Shown here: positions 52,210 to 64,000 of the stretch, in pieces
How positions within the stretch are numbered: the stretch's first letter is position 1
How the letters are laid out: each line of letters starts with the position of its first letter
NCBI GenBank assembly: GCA_028826165.1
Contig: JAPDFW010000053.1
Coordinates: forward strand, 62,001-126,000
Origin: Anaeramoeba ignava BMAN
Taxonomy: Eukaryota; Protista; Anaeramoebae
Direction of reading: 5' to 3'
DNA: 64,000 bases
Notes under the pieces: generated by a model
The model's input: the letters and a program-made list of their open reading frames with translations, nothing else
What the model was told of the DNA's origin: nothing
The model's database searches: none
Position numbers and translations under genes: made by a program

Positions 52210-53742
52210 CTATTTTCTATTTTCATGTTCATTTGTTGGAGGATAAAAAGGCATTGCCCAAGAAGATTTTGGTTTTGGATGTTCCATAAAATAAGGATGT
52301 TGAATAGCAGAATCAGCAGAAATTCTCATTTCAGGGTCATAAGTTAATAATTCAGAAAGAAGATTAAAACATAAATTAGAAACATAATTAAATTTTGCAC
52401 GTAATTTTGGTTTCTGAGATTGATTGAACTTAATCCTTTTCGAGATGGACAACTTAGAAAAGCCAGAGAAGTTATTTTCATTAATAGGACCAAGTAGATC
52501 CACTATTTGTTTGATTAGTTCAACTTCTGTTTGAGCGTCAAAAAGAGGATAACCCTGGATAAGTTCTGCAAAAATACATCCAACAGACCACATATCAATA
52601 GCAGTGGAGTAAACAGGTGAACCAAGAAGAACTTCAATAGCGCGGTACCAAAGGGTGACAACAACAGGAGTATAAGGTTTTAATGGGTCGCCATATTCTC
52701 TTGCCATTCCGAAATCGGCAATTTTCAAAATTCCGTTATTTGATAAGAGTAAATTTGACGTTTTGAGATCTCGATGAATAATCCAATTCTTATGAAGATG
52801 TGAAACACCTTCCAAAAGCTGTAAAATAAGACACTTCACTTCGGATTCTGTCCATTGATTTTTCCGAGTTTTCATGAGCATGTGAAGATCATGGTCAAGA
52901 TACTCCATCACCATAAATACTCGATCCAATGAACTTCCGACTACAATTTCTCGTACGTTTACTATGTTTTGATGTTTGTGTTTCATTAATACGTTGATCT
53001 CCCGAAGAGATGTTAGTGGAAAGCCTTCTTGTCTTGTATCCATTTTGATTCTTTTTAATGCTACTATTTCACCTGTTTTTCGATCTCTTGCTCTATAAAC
53101 TACTCCATATGTTCCTTCGCTTATTGGATTTATTTTCTCATATTTCTCAACACTTCCACATGGTGTAAATTTTGTTTGATATTTTGTTCTTCTTTTTTTG
53201 ATATTTTCATTTTCATTTTCATTTTCATTTTCGAATTTATTTTGATTTTGATTTTGATTTTGATTTTCATTTTGATTTTGATTTTGATTTTGATTTTGAT
53301 TTTGATTTTCATTTTGATTTTCAAATTGATTTCCAAATTGATTTTGATTTTGATTTTCATTTTCAAATTGATTTTGATTCTCATTTTGATTTTGATTTTG
53401 ATTATTAAATTGATTTTCAAATTGATTTTCATTTTCAAATTGATTTTGATTTTGATTTTGATTTAGATTTTGATTTTGATTTTCAAATTGATTTTCAAAT
53501 TGATTTTGATTTTGATTTTCAAATTGATTTTGATTTTGATTTTCAAATTGATTTCCAAATTGATTTTGATTTTGATTTTGATTTTGATTTTGATTTTCAT
53601 TTTGATTTTCAAATTGATTTTGATTTTGATTTTCAAATTGATTTTGAATTTGATTTTGATTTTGATTTTGATTAATTTCTTCGTTATCTAAATATATTTT
53701 ATTTTCTGGAATATTAAAATCATCAAATCCTCTTTTATTCAT
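52210..53742 (-). CDS. CDK11: PITSLRE-type cyclin-dependent kinase (CDK11/CDK10 family) with N-terminal NQ repeat
   Basis: EGTYGVVYRARD, GFPLTSLREIN, HRDLKTSNLLL, DFGMAREYGDP, YTPVVVTLWYR. Confidence 0.92.
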   Translation of the reverse strand: MNKRGFDDFNIPENKIYLDNEEINQNQNQNQIQNQFENQNQNQFENQNENQNQNQNQNQNQFGNQFENQNQNQFENQNQNQFENQFENQNQNLNQNQNQNQFENENQFENQFNNQNQNQNENQNQFENENQNQNQFGNQFENQNENQNQNQNQNQNQNENQNQNQNQNKFENENENENENIKKRRTKYQTKFTPCGSVEKYEKINPISEGTYGVVYRARDRKTGEIVALKRIKMDTRQEGFPLTSLREINVLMKHKHQNIVNVREIVVGSSLDRVFMVMEYLDHDLHMLMKTRKNQWTESEVKCLILQLLEGVSHLHKNWIIHRDLKTSNLLLSNNGILKIADFGMAREYGDPLKPYTPVVVTLWYRAIEVLLGSPVYSTAIDMWSVGCIFAELIQGYPLFDAQTEVELIKQIVDLLGPINENNFSGFSKLSISKRIKFNQSQKPKLRAKFNYVSNLCFNLLSELLTYDPEMRISADSAIQHPYFMEHPKPKSSWAMPFYPPTNEHENRK

Positions 53743-53779
53743 TATGAAATAAATATTTTTTGATTTATTTTTTTTTTAT

Positions 53780-53850
53780 AATAAATAATTTGAAAAAAAA
53801 ATGAAAAAAAAAAATGAAAAAAAAAATTTTGAAAATTTCATTTTTTTTTC
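53780..53850. promoter_or_regulatory. Bidirectional initiator-like element (A(n)TGA(n) … T(n)CAT(n)) between CDK11 and SRPK
   Basis: The same T(n)CAT(n) motif occurs in sense orientation about 20-120 nt upstream of most ATGs in the window. Confidence 0.55.
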
Positions 53851-53957
53851 TTCTAAATTTAATTTAAACTTTAATTTCAATTTAATTTCAATTTAATTTC
53901 AATTTAATTACTCTTTATTTCATTTATAAGAAAAAAAAAATTTTTTTAAATTTTCAA

Positions 53958-56900
53958 ATGAAAAAAATATCTAAATCAAAAACACTTATATTACAAAAAA
54001 AAGTAAAACAAATTCCTCAAATTGCGAAAACTTCAAGTGAAAGTGAACAAGAAGATCCCAAAGATTATAAATATGGTATTTTGCTCAATATTAATTTCAA
54101 TTATAATTTTAATTTTAATTTTAATTTTAATTTTAATTTTAATTTTAATTTTAATTTTAATTTTAATTTTAATTTTAATTTTAATTTTAATTTTAATTAT
54201 AATTTTAATTTTAATTTTTATTTTAATTTTTAATTTTTAATTTTAATTTCAATTATAATTTTAATTTTCATTTTAATTTTAATTTCAATTTTAATTTTTA
54301 CAATCTAAAATAAAATAAATAGGAGGTTATCATTTAGTAAATATTGGAGATATTATTAAAAGAAAATATAAAGTTTTATGTAAAATTGGATGGGGAGCAT
54401 TTTCTACAGTTTGGGCTTGTGAAGATTTTGAAATGAAAAGATATGTTGCAATTAAAATTGTTAAAAGTGCACCAGAATATACACTTGCAGCTCAAGAAGA
54501 AGTTAAATTATTAAAAAAAATTTCTGATGAAGATCCAAAAGGTGAAAAACATGTTGTCAGATTATTTGATAGTTTTAAAATTCAAGGTCCAAATGGAACA
54601 CGTAAATCAAAATGAAAATTAAAAATTAAAAATTAAATATTATAATTAAAATTCAAATTAAAAATTAAAATTAAAATTAAAATTAATATTAAAATTAAAA
54701 ATTAAATCAAATTAATATTTAATATTTAAATCAAATTAATATTAAAATAAATATTAAAATTAAAATTAAAATTAAAATTAAAATTAATATTATAATTAAA
54801 ATTAAAATTAAAATTAATATTAATATTAAAATCAAAATTAAAATCAAAATTTAAATCAAATTAAAATTTAAAATTAAAATTTAAAATTAAAATTAAAATT
54901 AAAATTTAAAATTAAAATTAAAATTAAAATTAAAATTAAAATTTAAAATTAAAATTAAAATTAAAATTAAAATTAAAATTAAAAATTAAAATTAAAATTA
55001 AAATTAAAATTAAAATCAAAATCAAAATCAAAATTAAATTTAAAATTAAAATTAAAATTAAAATTAAAATTAAAATTAAATTGAAAATTAAAATTAAATT
55101 TAAAATTAAAATTAAAATTAAAATTTAAATTTAAATTTAAATAAAAATCTAGATATTTGTATGGTATTTGAATTGTTAGGAGATAAAAATTTATTAGGAT
55201 TACTCAAAGAAAATTATCTTGGAATACCTATGCCAATAGTTAAAAAATTAACAAAACAAATTCTTATAGCACTTTCACATCTTCATTCAACATGTCAAAT
55301 TATACATACTGATATAAAACCAGAAAATATAATGTTATATGAAGAAGTTGGATCTTTATCAAATACTCTTCTTGAAAAAATTAGTCCAAATATAATTACA
55401 AAAAAGATTCAAAGAAAAAGAATTATCACAAATAGAATTAAAAAACCAAATTTAGTTTTAAAAACAAAATCAAAAACAAAATCTAAATCAAAAGATAAAG
55501 ATAAAGATAAAGATAAAACAATAAAAAAATTGAAGGAAAATTCAATTCAAAAAAATGAAAATTCAATTCAAAAAAATGAAAATTTAATTCAAGAAAATGA
55601 AAATCAAAAAATTCAAGAAAAATTAATTGAAAAAATTGAAAATTTAATTCAGGAAAACCCAAATGAGCAAAAAGAACAAAATTCTATTGAAAAATCAGAT
55701 GAAAAACTTAAAAAACAACTTGAACTTAAAATTGCAAATTTTCAAAGAAGAAAAATTAGAAGATCTCCAATTCCAAAAAAATTAACAAAAGGAATACTAA
55801 AAAAGCCAGCAATATCAGCAGCTAAAATATTAATACCAAAAGAAACAATAACATCACCAAAAGAAAACGAAGAAACAAAATTTGGAAAAAAAGAAAATGA
55901 AAAAGAAAAAGAAAAAGAAAAAGAAAAAAATAAATTGTCTCAAAATGATGAAAAATTAGATGATTTAAAAAATAAATTTGGACTACCTCAACGTCCTAGA
56001 CTTTCTCGTAATTTCTCTAGGAGTAAATCCGCTGATAAAGGATTAACCTTATCCTTGAATACTCATGCTGAAATCAATAGAATTCTAAGAAAACCTCAAA
56101 TGACTTCTTCTCAAATTGATAAATTAATTTCAACAAATGAAAATGTAGAACCAAAAAACGAGACAATAAAACAGCCAGAAAAAAGGGTTTTATACAAAAT
56201 AACACCTCCAAAAATCCACAAGGATGTTGTTTTACCTGAGAATTTAAGTGAAAACAATTTAGAAAAAGAAAAAGAAAAAAATTTGGAAAAAAAAAATCAA
56301 GAAAATCAAGAAAATCAAGAAAATCAAAACCAACAAAAAACAATTCAAAAATTAAGAAAGGCAACACCCAAAAAAGCTAAAAGAACAATGCGAACAAAAA
56401 GCCAAAGTGGGATCAAAAAAACACTAGTTCAAATCAAGAAAACAGAAAGCAAAGAAAAATTCAATTGCAAAATTATTGATTTTGGAAATTCTTGTTGGAT
56501 TGAACATCACTTTGCGCAAAATATACAAACAAGACAATATCGCTCACCAGAAGTTATATTAGGATATGAATACAACGCTTCTGCGGATATTTGGTCATTG
56601 GGATGCATGATTTTTGAGCTTTTGACTGGGGATTTTCTTTTCAATCCAAAAAATACTTCAAATAGTTCTCGAGATGAAGAACATCTTGCTCTAATTATTG
56701 AACTTTTGGGCCCATTTTCAAAGGAATTTGCTCTTGGAGGAAAACGCTCTTCAAAGTTCTTTGATCAAAATGGTGAGCTTCTTCATATTAAACGTATTTA
56801 TCCAATGAGTTTGAAAGAAACTCTTCAAGTCAAATATCATTTTCAAAATGATTCTGCTGATCAAATTGCTTCTTTTCTGTTGCCAATGCTTGATTTGGAT

Positions 56901-57023
56901 TTTAAAAATAGAATCTCTGCTGAAAAGTGTCTTTCTTCTTCTTGGTTTAATGATAATGAAAATGATTCCAATTTTAATTTAACCAAAGAAAATTCTCAAG
57001 AAGTTGCAAATATAAAAAATTGA
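53958..57023 (+). CDS. SRPK: SR-protein kinase (SRPK) with a long spacer insert, 3 exons
   Basis: EDPKDYKYGGYHLV, KIGWGAFSTVW, KIVKSAPEYT, GPNGTHICMVFELLG, IIHTDIKPEN, DFGNSCW, IQTRQYRSPEV; introns 54076-54322 and 54602-55152. Confidence 0.95.
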
Positions 57024-57581
57024 AAAATTTGAACTTTTATTATTAACTTATTAACTTTTATTATTAACTTATCAACTTTTATTATTTTAACTAATTAACT
57101 TCTATAATTTTAATTAACTTTTATTATAATTTTAACTTATCAACTTTTATTATTTTAACTAACCAACTTTTATTATTTTAACTTATTAACTTTTATTATT
57201 ATTTTAACTTATTAACTTTTATTATTTTAACTTATTAACTTTTATTATTTTTTTAATTAATTAACTTTTATTATTTTAACTAACCAACTTCTTAATAAGA
57301 TCAAATATCACAAAATTTAGAAAGGAAAAAAAAAATTTTTTTTTGAAATGTCTTGTTTTGCTTAATTATTCAAATTGAAAACTATTTTGATAATCATTTG
57401 TTAGATTTAAAAACAAAATTTAGAGAAAAAGAAAAAGATTTTTTTTTTTGCTATTTTTATTTTTGAATCTAACAAAAATGTATTCAAGTATTAAAACATC
57501 AATCAACAAAACAAAAAAATTTTTTTTTTCATTTTCATTTTTTTTCATTTTTTTCATTTTTTCTTTTCAAATAATTTAACA

Positions 57582-59724
57582 ATGAGTGAAAATTCAAACG
57601 AAAATACAAAACAAAATGAAAATGCAAAACAAAATGAAAATGAAAATCAAAATCAAAATCAAAATCAAAATCAAAATGAAAATCAAAATGAAAATCAAAA
57701 TGAAAATACAAAACAAAAGCAAAATTTAAATACAAAGCAAAATACAAATGAAATCAAAATGAAAATGCAAAACAAATTCAAAATGAAAATACAAATCAAA
57801 AACAAAATGAAAATGAAAATTTAAATGAAAATACAAAACAAAATGAAAATGAAAATTTAAATGAAAATACAAATCAAAATGAAAATGAAAATGAAAATGA
57901 AAATCAATTTGAAAATGCAAAACAAAATGAAAATGCAAAACAAAATTTAAATGAAAATCAAAATGAAAATGAAAATGAAAATACAAATCAAAATACAAAT
58001 CAAAATACAAATACAAATCAAAATCAAAATACAAATCAAAATGAAAATGAAAATCAAAATACAAATCAAAATGAAAATACAAAACAAATTCAAAATGAAA
58101 ATACAAATCAAAATCAAAATACAAATCAAAATGAAAATCAAAATCAAAATACAAATCAAAATGCAAAACAAAATCAAAATCAAAATGAAAATCAAAATTT
58201 AAATTTAAATCAAAATGAAAATCAATTTGAAAATGCAAAACAAAATCAAAATGCAAAACAAAATCAAAATGAAAATGGGAAATTTAAATCAAAATAAAAA
58301 GCAAAATACAAATCAAAATGAAATTGAAGATCAAAATCAAAATCAAAATCAAAATCAAAATCAAAATCAAAATCAAAATCAAAATGAAAATCAAAATGAA
58401 AAAAATGAAAAAAATGAAAATGAAGAAAAGAAACTTCAAAAAATTGAAAAACAAAAAATTCAAAGAGAAAAATTTATGCATAATGCAAGAAAAACCTGGT
58501 TAAAATTAATTGAACAATGGAAAAACAAACCAAAATATCGACCGCAAAGAAAATTAAAGAAATTATGTTGGAAAGGAATTCCACCATCAGTTCGTGGAAA
58601 AGTATGGCCTTATTTAATTGGAAATGGATTAAATATCACTTTAGAACTTTATCAAGTTTTAAAACAAAGAAGTAAAGCTAGTTTGAATCATTTAGATAAA
58701 ACAAAACAAGAGGAAAAACAATTATATCAAGAAGATTCTAATCAAGTTTTAAATCAAATTCAAGAAATTGATCAAAAAATTATATTTTCAGAAGAATCTA
58801 AATTTACTACTTTTTTTGGAAAAGAAAAAACTATTTCTTTGATTACTTTTGATTTATCAAGAACTTTTCCTTCTCTTAAAATATTTGGTTTGGAAGGTGA
58901 AATGAGAGATATGTTAAGTGAAATTTTAGGTGCTTATGCTTTTTATAGACCTGATTTTGGTTATGTAAACTTTGAATTAAAATTCAATTAGAAAATCAAA
59001 ATTAAAATATAAATTAATTTTTTATTTATATCAGGTTCAAGGAATGTCGTTATTGGCTGGAATATTATTATTAAATATGGATGAATATACTGCTTTTAGA
59101 TGTTTAGCAAATATTCTTAATTCAGAAATTTTAATTGGATTTTATGGAGTTAATGAAAAATTAATTCAACATAGATCATTAGTTTTTGATCATTTTCTTG
59201 AATCTATAAATCCAAAAGTTTATAAATATCTCATAACTCAAAAAATTGAAACAAAAATGTTCTTATTTGATTGGTAAATTTTTTTTTAAAATTTAATTGA
59301 AAAGAATTGAAAAAAAAAAATTTTTTTGTTCTCACTTTTTTTTTGCTTTTTTGCTTTTAGGCTTTTAACTTTATTTAGTAGTGTTTTTTCTTTAGATATT
59401 GCTTGTAGAATTTGGGATGTTTATTTTCTTGAAGGAGAAGTATTTCTTTATCGAGTTTCATTTGCTTTTCTTGCTTTAATTGAAGAACAACTTCTTTCAC
59501 TTCCTTTTGAAAAAGCTTTTAAACTTTTACTTGGTCATATTGAAGTAAAAAATTTAAATTAAAAAATTGGATTAAAAATTTAAAATTAAAATTCTCATTT
59601 TTTTTGTTTTTGTTTTTAGAATTTAGATCAAGAAGAATTCTTTAAAAAAATTTCTAAAATTAAAATTTCTAAATCAAAATTTAAAAATGTTCTTGAAATA
59701 ATTAATAAAAAAATGAATAATTGA
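57582..59724 (+). CDS. TBC-domain RabGAP (TBC1D12/14-like) with NQ/NE N-terminus; two apparent 1-nt indels in the repeat
   Basis: WKGIPPSVRGKVW…IGNGLNITLELY, IxxDLSRTFP, YRPDFGY|VQGMS, IACRIWDVYFLEGEVFLYR; introns near 58965, 59274 and 59544. Confidence 0.88.
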
Positions 59725-59868
59725 AAAACAAAAACAAAAACAAAAACAAACAAAACAACAAAGAATTAATTTTCAAATTGTATTTCGTAAAACTCAAAAA
59801 AAAAGAAGCAAAAAAAAAAAGCAAAAAAAAAAAAATAAAATTCCAAAAAAAAAATTTTTTTTTCCTTT

Positions 59869-61890
59869 CTATTTTTTTTTAGTTTTCATTAAAAGTTGTA
59901 AAAGTTCTGGATGAGCAGAATCAGAAGGAATTAAATCAGAAGCAAGTTCATTCTAATTTGAAATTGAAAAAAAAATTTAAAAAATAAATAAATAAATTAA
60001 AAATTTAAATTATATATTTTTTTTACGTTCTAAAATTTAAATTTTAATTTTAAATTTTTAATTTAATTTTAAGTCTAATTTTTACATTCTAAATTAAAAC
60101 AAAATTTGAAATTAATTTAAATAAATTTAGAAGAAAAAATCTTTTTTTTTTTTTAGTTTTTTTTCTACATTTCTAATTGTTGTATCAGCTTTTGCTTCAA
60201 TTAAATAATGAGCACTAATAACATTTCCATTTCTACAAGAAACATGAAGAGGAGTTTCTCCCTAAAAAAAATAATATCAAAATCAAAATCAAAATAAAAA
60301 TTCAAAAGAAAGAAAGAAATTATTTAGAAAAAAAAAATAAACTTTACATCCTAAAAAAAAAATTTAAAATAAAATTTACAAAATCGGAAAAAAAATTTGA
60401 AAATTTACTTTCTAATAAAAATAATATTAATATTAATTATAATAAAAATATTATTTATTTATGAATAAGATACATTAAGGATATTTGGATCTGTATATTT
60501 TAACATTTCTTGAATAACATCAGGATTTGTATTTTTATAACAAACTAAATGAAGAGGATTTTCACCCTAAATAAGTATTAAAACAAAGAAAAAAAAAGGA
60601 ATTATTTAAATTTTGATTTTAATCAAATAATTTTTTTACATTCTAAAAAAATTTAAAATTAAAATTAAAATTTAAATAGAAAATAAATAAAATGATTGAA
60701 TAACATTTTTTGTTTCAGCTTCTTGTGCAAATTTAACTACTTCTAATAAAGCATCAATTTTTTCAGAATGTTGATTTAAAAGAGGTTGTTCTTTATAAAA
60801 TTCAAGAACAATATTTGCAACTTTTTTAATTTCTGTTAAAGTTTCGTTTGTAATTTGAAGTTGAGAAAACCAAGAAGTAATATCAACTGAAGAAGTAATA
60901 GAAGCAATAAATAGAGAAGCCAAAGTTAAAAGATAAGGAGAATATAAAAGACAAAGATCTGTAAAATAAGAATCATTAATAATTGACCTGAAAGAAAAAA
61001 GAAATTTTAAATTAGGGAAAAAATGAGAATAAAAAAAATTGAACTAGCAAATATTTTTAAAAATTTTTAATTATTTATTTTTTACCAAGCTAATTGATAA
61101 AGTTCTTGAAATTGACCTTTTTCTTGAATTTCTGTTAACATTTTATAAGGATGAAATACTATTAGATCATATCCAAGAATTCCAAGAACTAAAAGTTCAT
61201 TTTGAAATATATCTTCTGATGTATATTCCCATTTTGTAATTTCTTGGAATTTTATTAAGAAATTAAATATAAATTGAGAATTATTTTTTAATTTTTTTTT
61301 TACTTGAAATTGCTTCAATTAAAACATTTGCTGAAATAAACCATTCTTCAATTTTAGAAGAAAGATAAAAACAAGTTGGGAAAATAAGCCAAGGATCATG
61401 TTCAGTTAATTTTTTACTGTTTTGAATAAAATAAATTTTAAATTAAATTTTTTTTAAAACTTGTTGAAATTTTTTCAAAGTTGTTTTAAATTAAAAAAAT
61501 AACATTAAATAAAATCTTTTAAATATAACATGGCAAGTAGAAATGATTTTTTGTGGGCATTTCATAATAGTTCCTGTTTGAATTATTTCTAAAATTTTAT
61601 TTTTTTTTAATTTGAAATTTTTAATATTTTTTTTTTTAATTGAAATTATTTCAAATTTTTTTTTTATAATCCACTTTTATGAAAAAAAAACATAATTGTT
61701 TTTCTATGTTCTGGTAAAATGAATTGATAATTCTTTTCAAGTAATTCTTCTAATTTAATTTTTGAAAAAATCCATCGATTACTTTTATTTTTTTTATCAA
61801 AATAAAAAATAAAAAATTAAATTTAATTAAAAATTAATAATTAAAAATAATTAAATACCAATGAGAAGAATTCCAATAATTTGCTGCCAT
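59869..61890 (-). CDS. CCNC: Cyclin C with a spliced C-terminal ankyrin-repeat extension (five 3-nt microexons)
   Basis: MAANYWNSSHCNRWIF, IFKRFY, DPWLIFPTCFYLSSKIEE, YDLIVFHPY, AWSIINDSYFTDLCLLYSPY; then N-N-GENPLHLVC…ILN-K-D-GETPLHVSCRNGN…IRN-N-N-NELASDL…KKK*. Confidence 0.85.
60027..60642 (-). other. Five 3-nt microexons: AAT 60640-60642, AAA 60409-60411, GAT 60348-60350, AAT 60086-60088, AAC 60027-60029
   Basis: Each is ttag|NNN|gtaaa; together they restore canonical ankyrin hairpins such as NKDGETPLH. Confidence 0.87.
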
Positions 61891-62061
61891 TTATTTTAAA
61901 ATAAAAAAATAAAAAATGAAAAAAATGAAAAAATAAATTTATCCGATTTTTTTTCCCTTTTTTTTTTTAATTAAAAATAAATTTAAGAAAAAATTTTTTT
62001 CATTTTTTTCCTTTTTAAAAAAATTTTTATTTCTATTTTTAAATTTTATTTTTTAAAGAAA

Positions 62062-62359
62062 ATGATTGTTGGAAAAATTTTAACAGTTTCTAATTTAAAT
62101 AAAATTTATTCAATTGTTCGAAATTATAAAAATATAAAATTTTATTCCAAAGAAATTAAAACAAAAAAAGAAAAAACAGATTTTAAAGTTGAAAAAAAGA
62201 AAGATGGTTTAATAGAAATACCAACAACTCCAAAAGAACCAGCTGGAGCAAGACATATGCCTACTGATATAGTTTTAGTGAGGCATGGTGAATCTGAAGG
62301 AAATGTTTATTTGAGAAAATCAAATCATTCATTTAAAGAAACTTTTATAAATAGACCAA
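62062..62359 (+). CDS. Exon 1 of a histidine-phosphatase (phosphoglycerate-mutase-like) protein; continues beyond the window
   Basis: PTDIVLVRHGESEGN (RHG motif); basic, acid-free N-terminal ~28 aa resembling an organellar presequence; donor GTATTT at 62360. Confidence 0.8.
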
Positions 62360-62384
62360 GTATTTTTTACATTTAGAAACTATT

Positions 62385-64000
62385 TTATAAATCTAAATAT
62401 AAATCTAAATCTAAATCTAAATCTAAATCTAAATATAAATATAAATCTAAATCTAAATCTAAATCTAAATCTAAATTTAAATCTAAATCTAAATTTAAAT
62501 CTAAATCTAAATATAAATCTAAATCTATTTTTAAATCAATTTTTAAATCAATTTTTAAATCTATTTTTAAATCAATTTTTAAATCAATTTTTAAATCTAT
62601 TTTTAAATCAATTTATAAATCTATTTTTAAATCAATTTATAAATCTATTTTTAAATCAATTTTTAAATCAATTTTTAAATCAATTTTTAAATATATTTTT
62701 AAATCTATTTTTAAATCTAAATATAAATATAAATCAATTTTTAAATCTATTTTTAAATCAATTTTTAAATCTATTTTTAAATCTATTTTTAAATCTATTT
62801 TTATATCTATTTTTAAATCTATTTTTAAATCAATTTTTAAATCTAAATATAAATCTAAATATAAATATAAATCTAAATCTATTTATAAATCAATTTATAA
62901 ATCTATTTTTAAATCTATTTTCTAAATCTAAATATAAATCTATTTTTAAATCAACATTTAAATCAATTTTTAAATCTATTTTTAAATCAATATTTAAATC
63001 AATTTATAAATCTATTTATAAATCAATTTATAAATCTATTTTTAAATCTATTTTTAAATCTATTTTTAAATCAATATTTAAATCAATTTATAAATCAATT
63101 TATAAATCAATTTTTAAATCAATTTTTAAATCTATTTTTAAATCTATTTATAAATCTATTTTTAAATATATTTTTAAATATATTTTTAAATCAATTTTTA
63201 AATCAATTTTTAAATCTATTTATAAATCAATTTTTAAATCTATTTTTAAATCAATTTATAAATCAATTTTTAAATCTATTTTTAAATATATTTATAAATC
63301 TATTTTTAAATCTATTTTTAAATCAATTTTTAAATCTATTTTTAAATCAATTTTTAAATCTATTTTTAAATCTATTTATAAATCAATTTTTAAATCTATT
63401 TTTAAATCAATTTATAAATCAATTTTTAAATCAATATTTAAATCTATTTTTAAATCTATTTATAAATCTATTTATAAATCTATTTTTAAATCTATTTTTA
63501 AATCAATTTTTAAATCAATATTTAAATCTATTTTTAAATCTATTTATAAATCTATTTATAAATCTATTTTTAAATCTATTTTTAAATCAATTTTTAAATC
63601 TATTTTTAAATCTATTTATAAATCTATTTTTAAATCAATATTTAAATCAATTTATAAATCTATTTTTAAATCAATATTTAAATCAATTTATAAATCTATT
63701 TATAAATCTATTTTTAAATCTATTTTTAAATCAATTTTTAAATCTATTTATAAATCTATTTTTAAATCTATTTTTAAATCAATTTTTAAATCTATTTTTA
63801 AATCAATTTTTAAATCTATTTTTAAATCAATTTTTAAATCAATTTTTAAATCTATTTATAAATCAATTTATAAATCTATTTTTAAATCATTTTTAAATCT
63901 ATTTTTAAATCTATTTTTAAATCAATTTTTAAATCTATTTATAAATCAATTTTTAAATCTATTTTTAAATCAATTTATAAATCAATTTTTAAATCAATTT
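62385..64000. repeat. 12-bp minisatellite (TTTWTAAATCWA)n in an intron of more than 1.6 kb
   Basis: Direct repetition to the window end. Confidence 0.9.

Noticed and set aside
57745-58285. Two compensating frameshifts in the TBC gene N-terminal repeat (possible programmed frameshift or pseudogene)
   Set aside because: Both fall in short homopolymers within a hexamer repeat and the TBC domain is intact, so sequencing or assembly indels are more likely; needs read inspection
62385-64000. Telomeric repeat at the window end
   Set aside because: Degenerate 12-mer with no G-rich strand, starting right after a splice donor; similar to the other intronic minisatellites

Overview
Extremely AT-rich (roughly 80-85% by eye), gene-dense eukaryotic nuclear DNA with GT-AG spliceosomal introns and the standard genetic code. 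The ankyrin-BTB gene, NQ/NE low-complexity tracts and overall composition suggest a protist, possibly the anaerobic metamonad Anaeramoeba; this is inference only. About 19 protein genes are present: a partial unknown gene, a PH-AGC kinase (PKB/Akt-like), an ankyrin-BTB protein, a TruA/Pus1 pseudouridine synthase, a hydantoinase-DUF917 fusion, FTCD, KIF-binding protein, transportin, U2AF65, a BEACH-WD40 protein, importin-alpha, KICS2, two tandem surface beta-propeller paralogues, CDK11, SRPK, a TBC1D12/14-like RabGAP, cyclin C and a partial histidine phosphatase. The main result, invisible in the ORF track, is a set of ultra-short exons. In the ankyrin-BTB gene (about 42 exons) and in ankyrin repeats fused to cyclin C, the two variable beta-hairpin-tip residues of most ankyrin repeats (the 'xx' in D-x-x-G-x-T-P-L-H) are encoded by single-codon (3-nt) or 6-nt exons with canonical AG/GT flanks: 20 three-nt and 3 six-nt exons in total. 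FTCD also needs a 2-nt exon (TG) to rebuild its conserved FLIAYNVNL motif. Other observations: a cyclin C-ankyrin fusion, a ~145-bp AT satellite in the only long intergenic gap, a decayed duplicate of U2AF65 exon 1, and a T(n)CAT(n) initiator-like motif upstream of most genes. All gene models were spliced by eye and need RNA confirmation.
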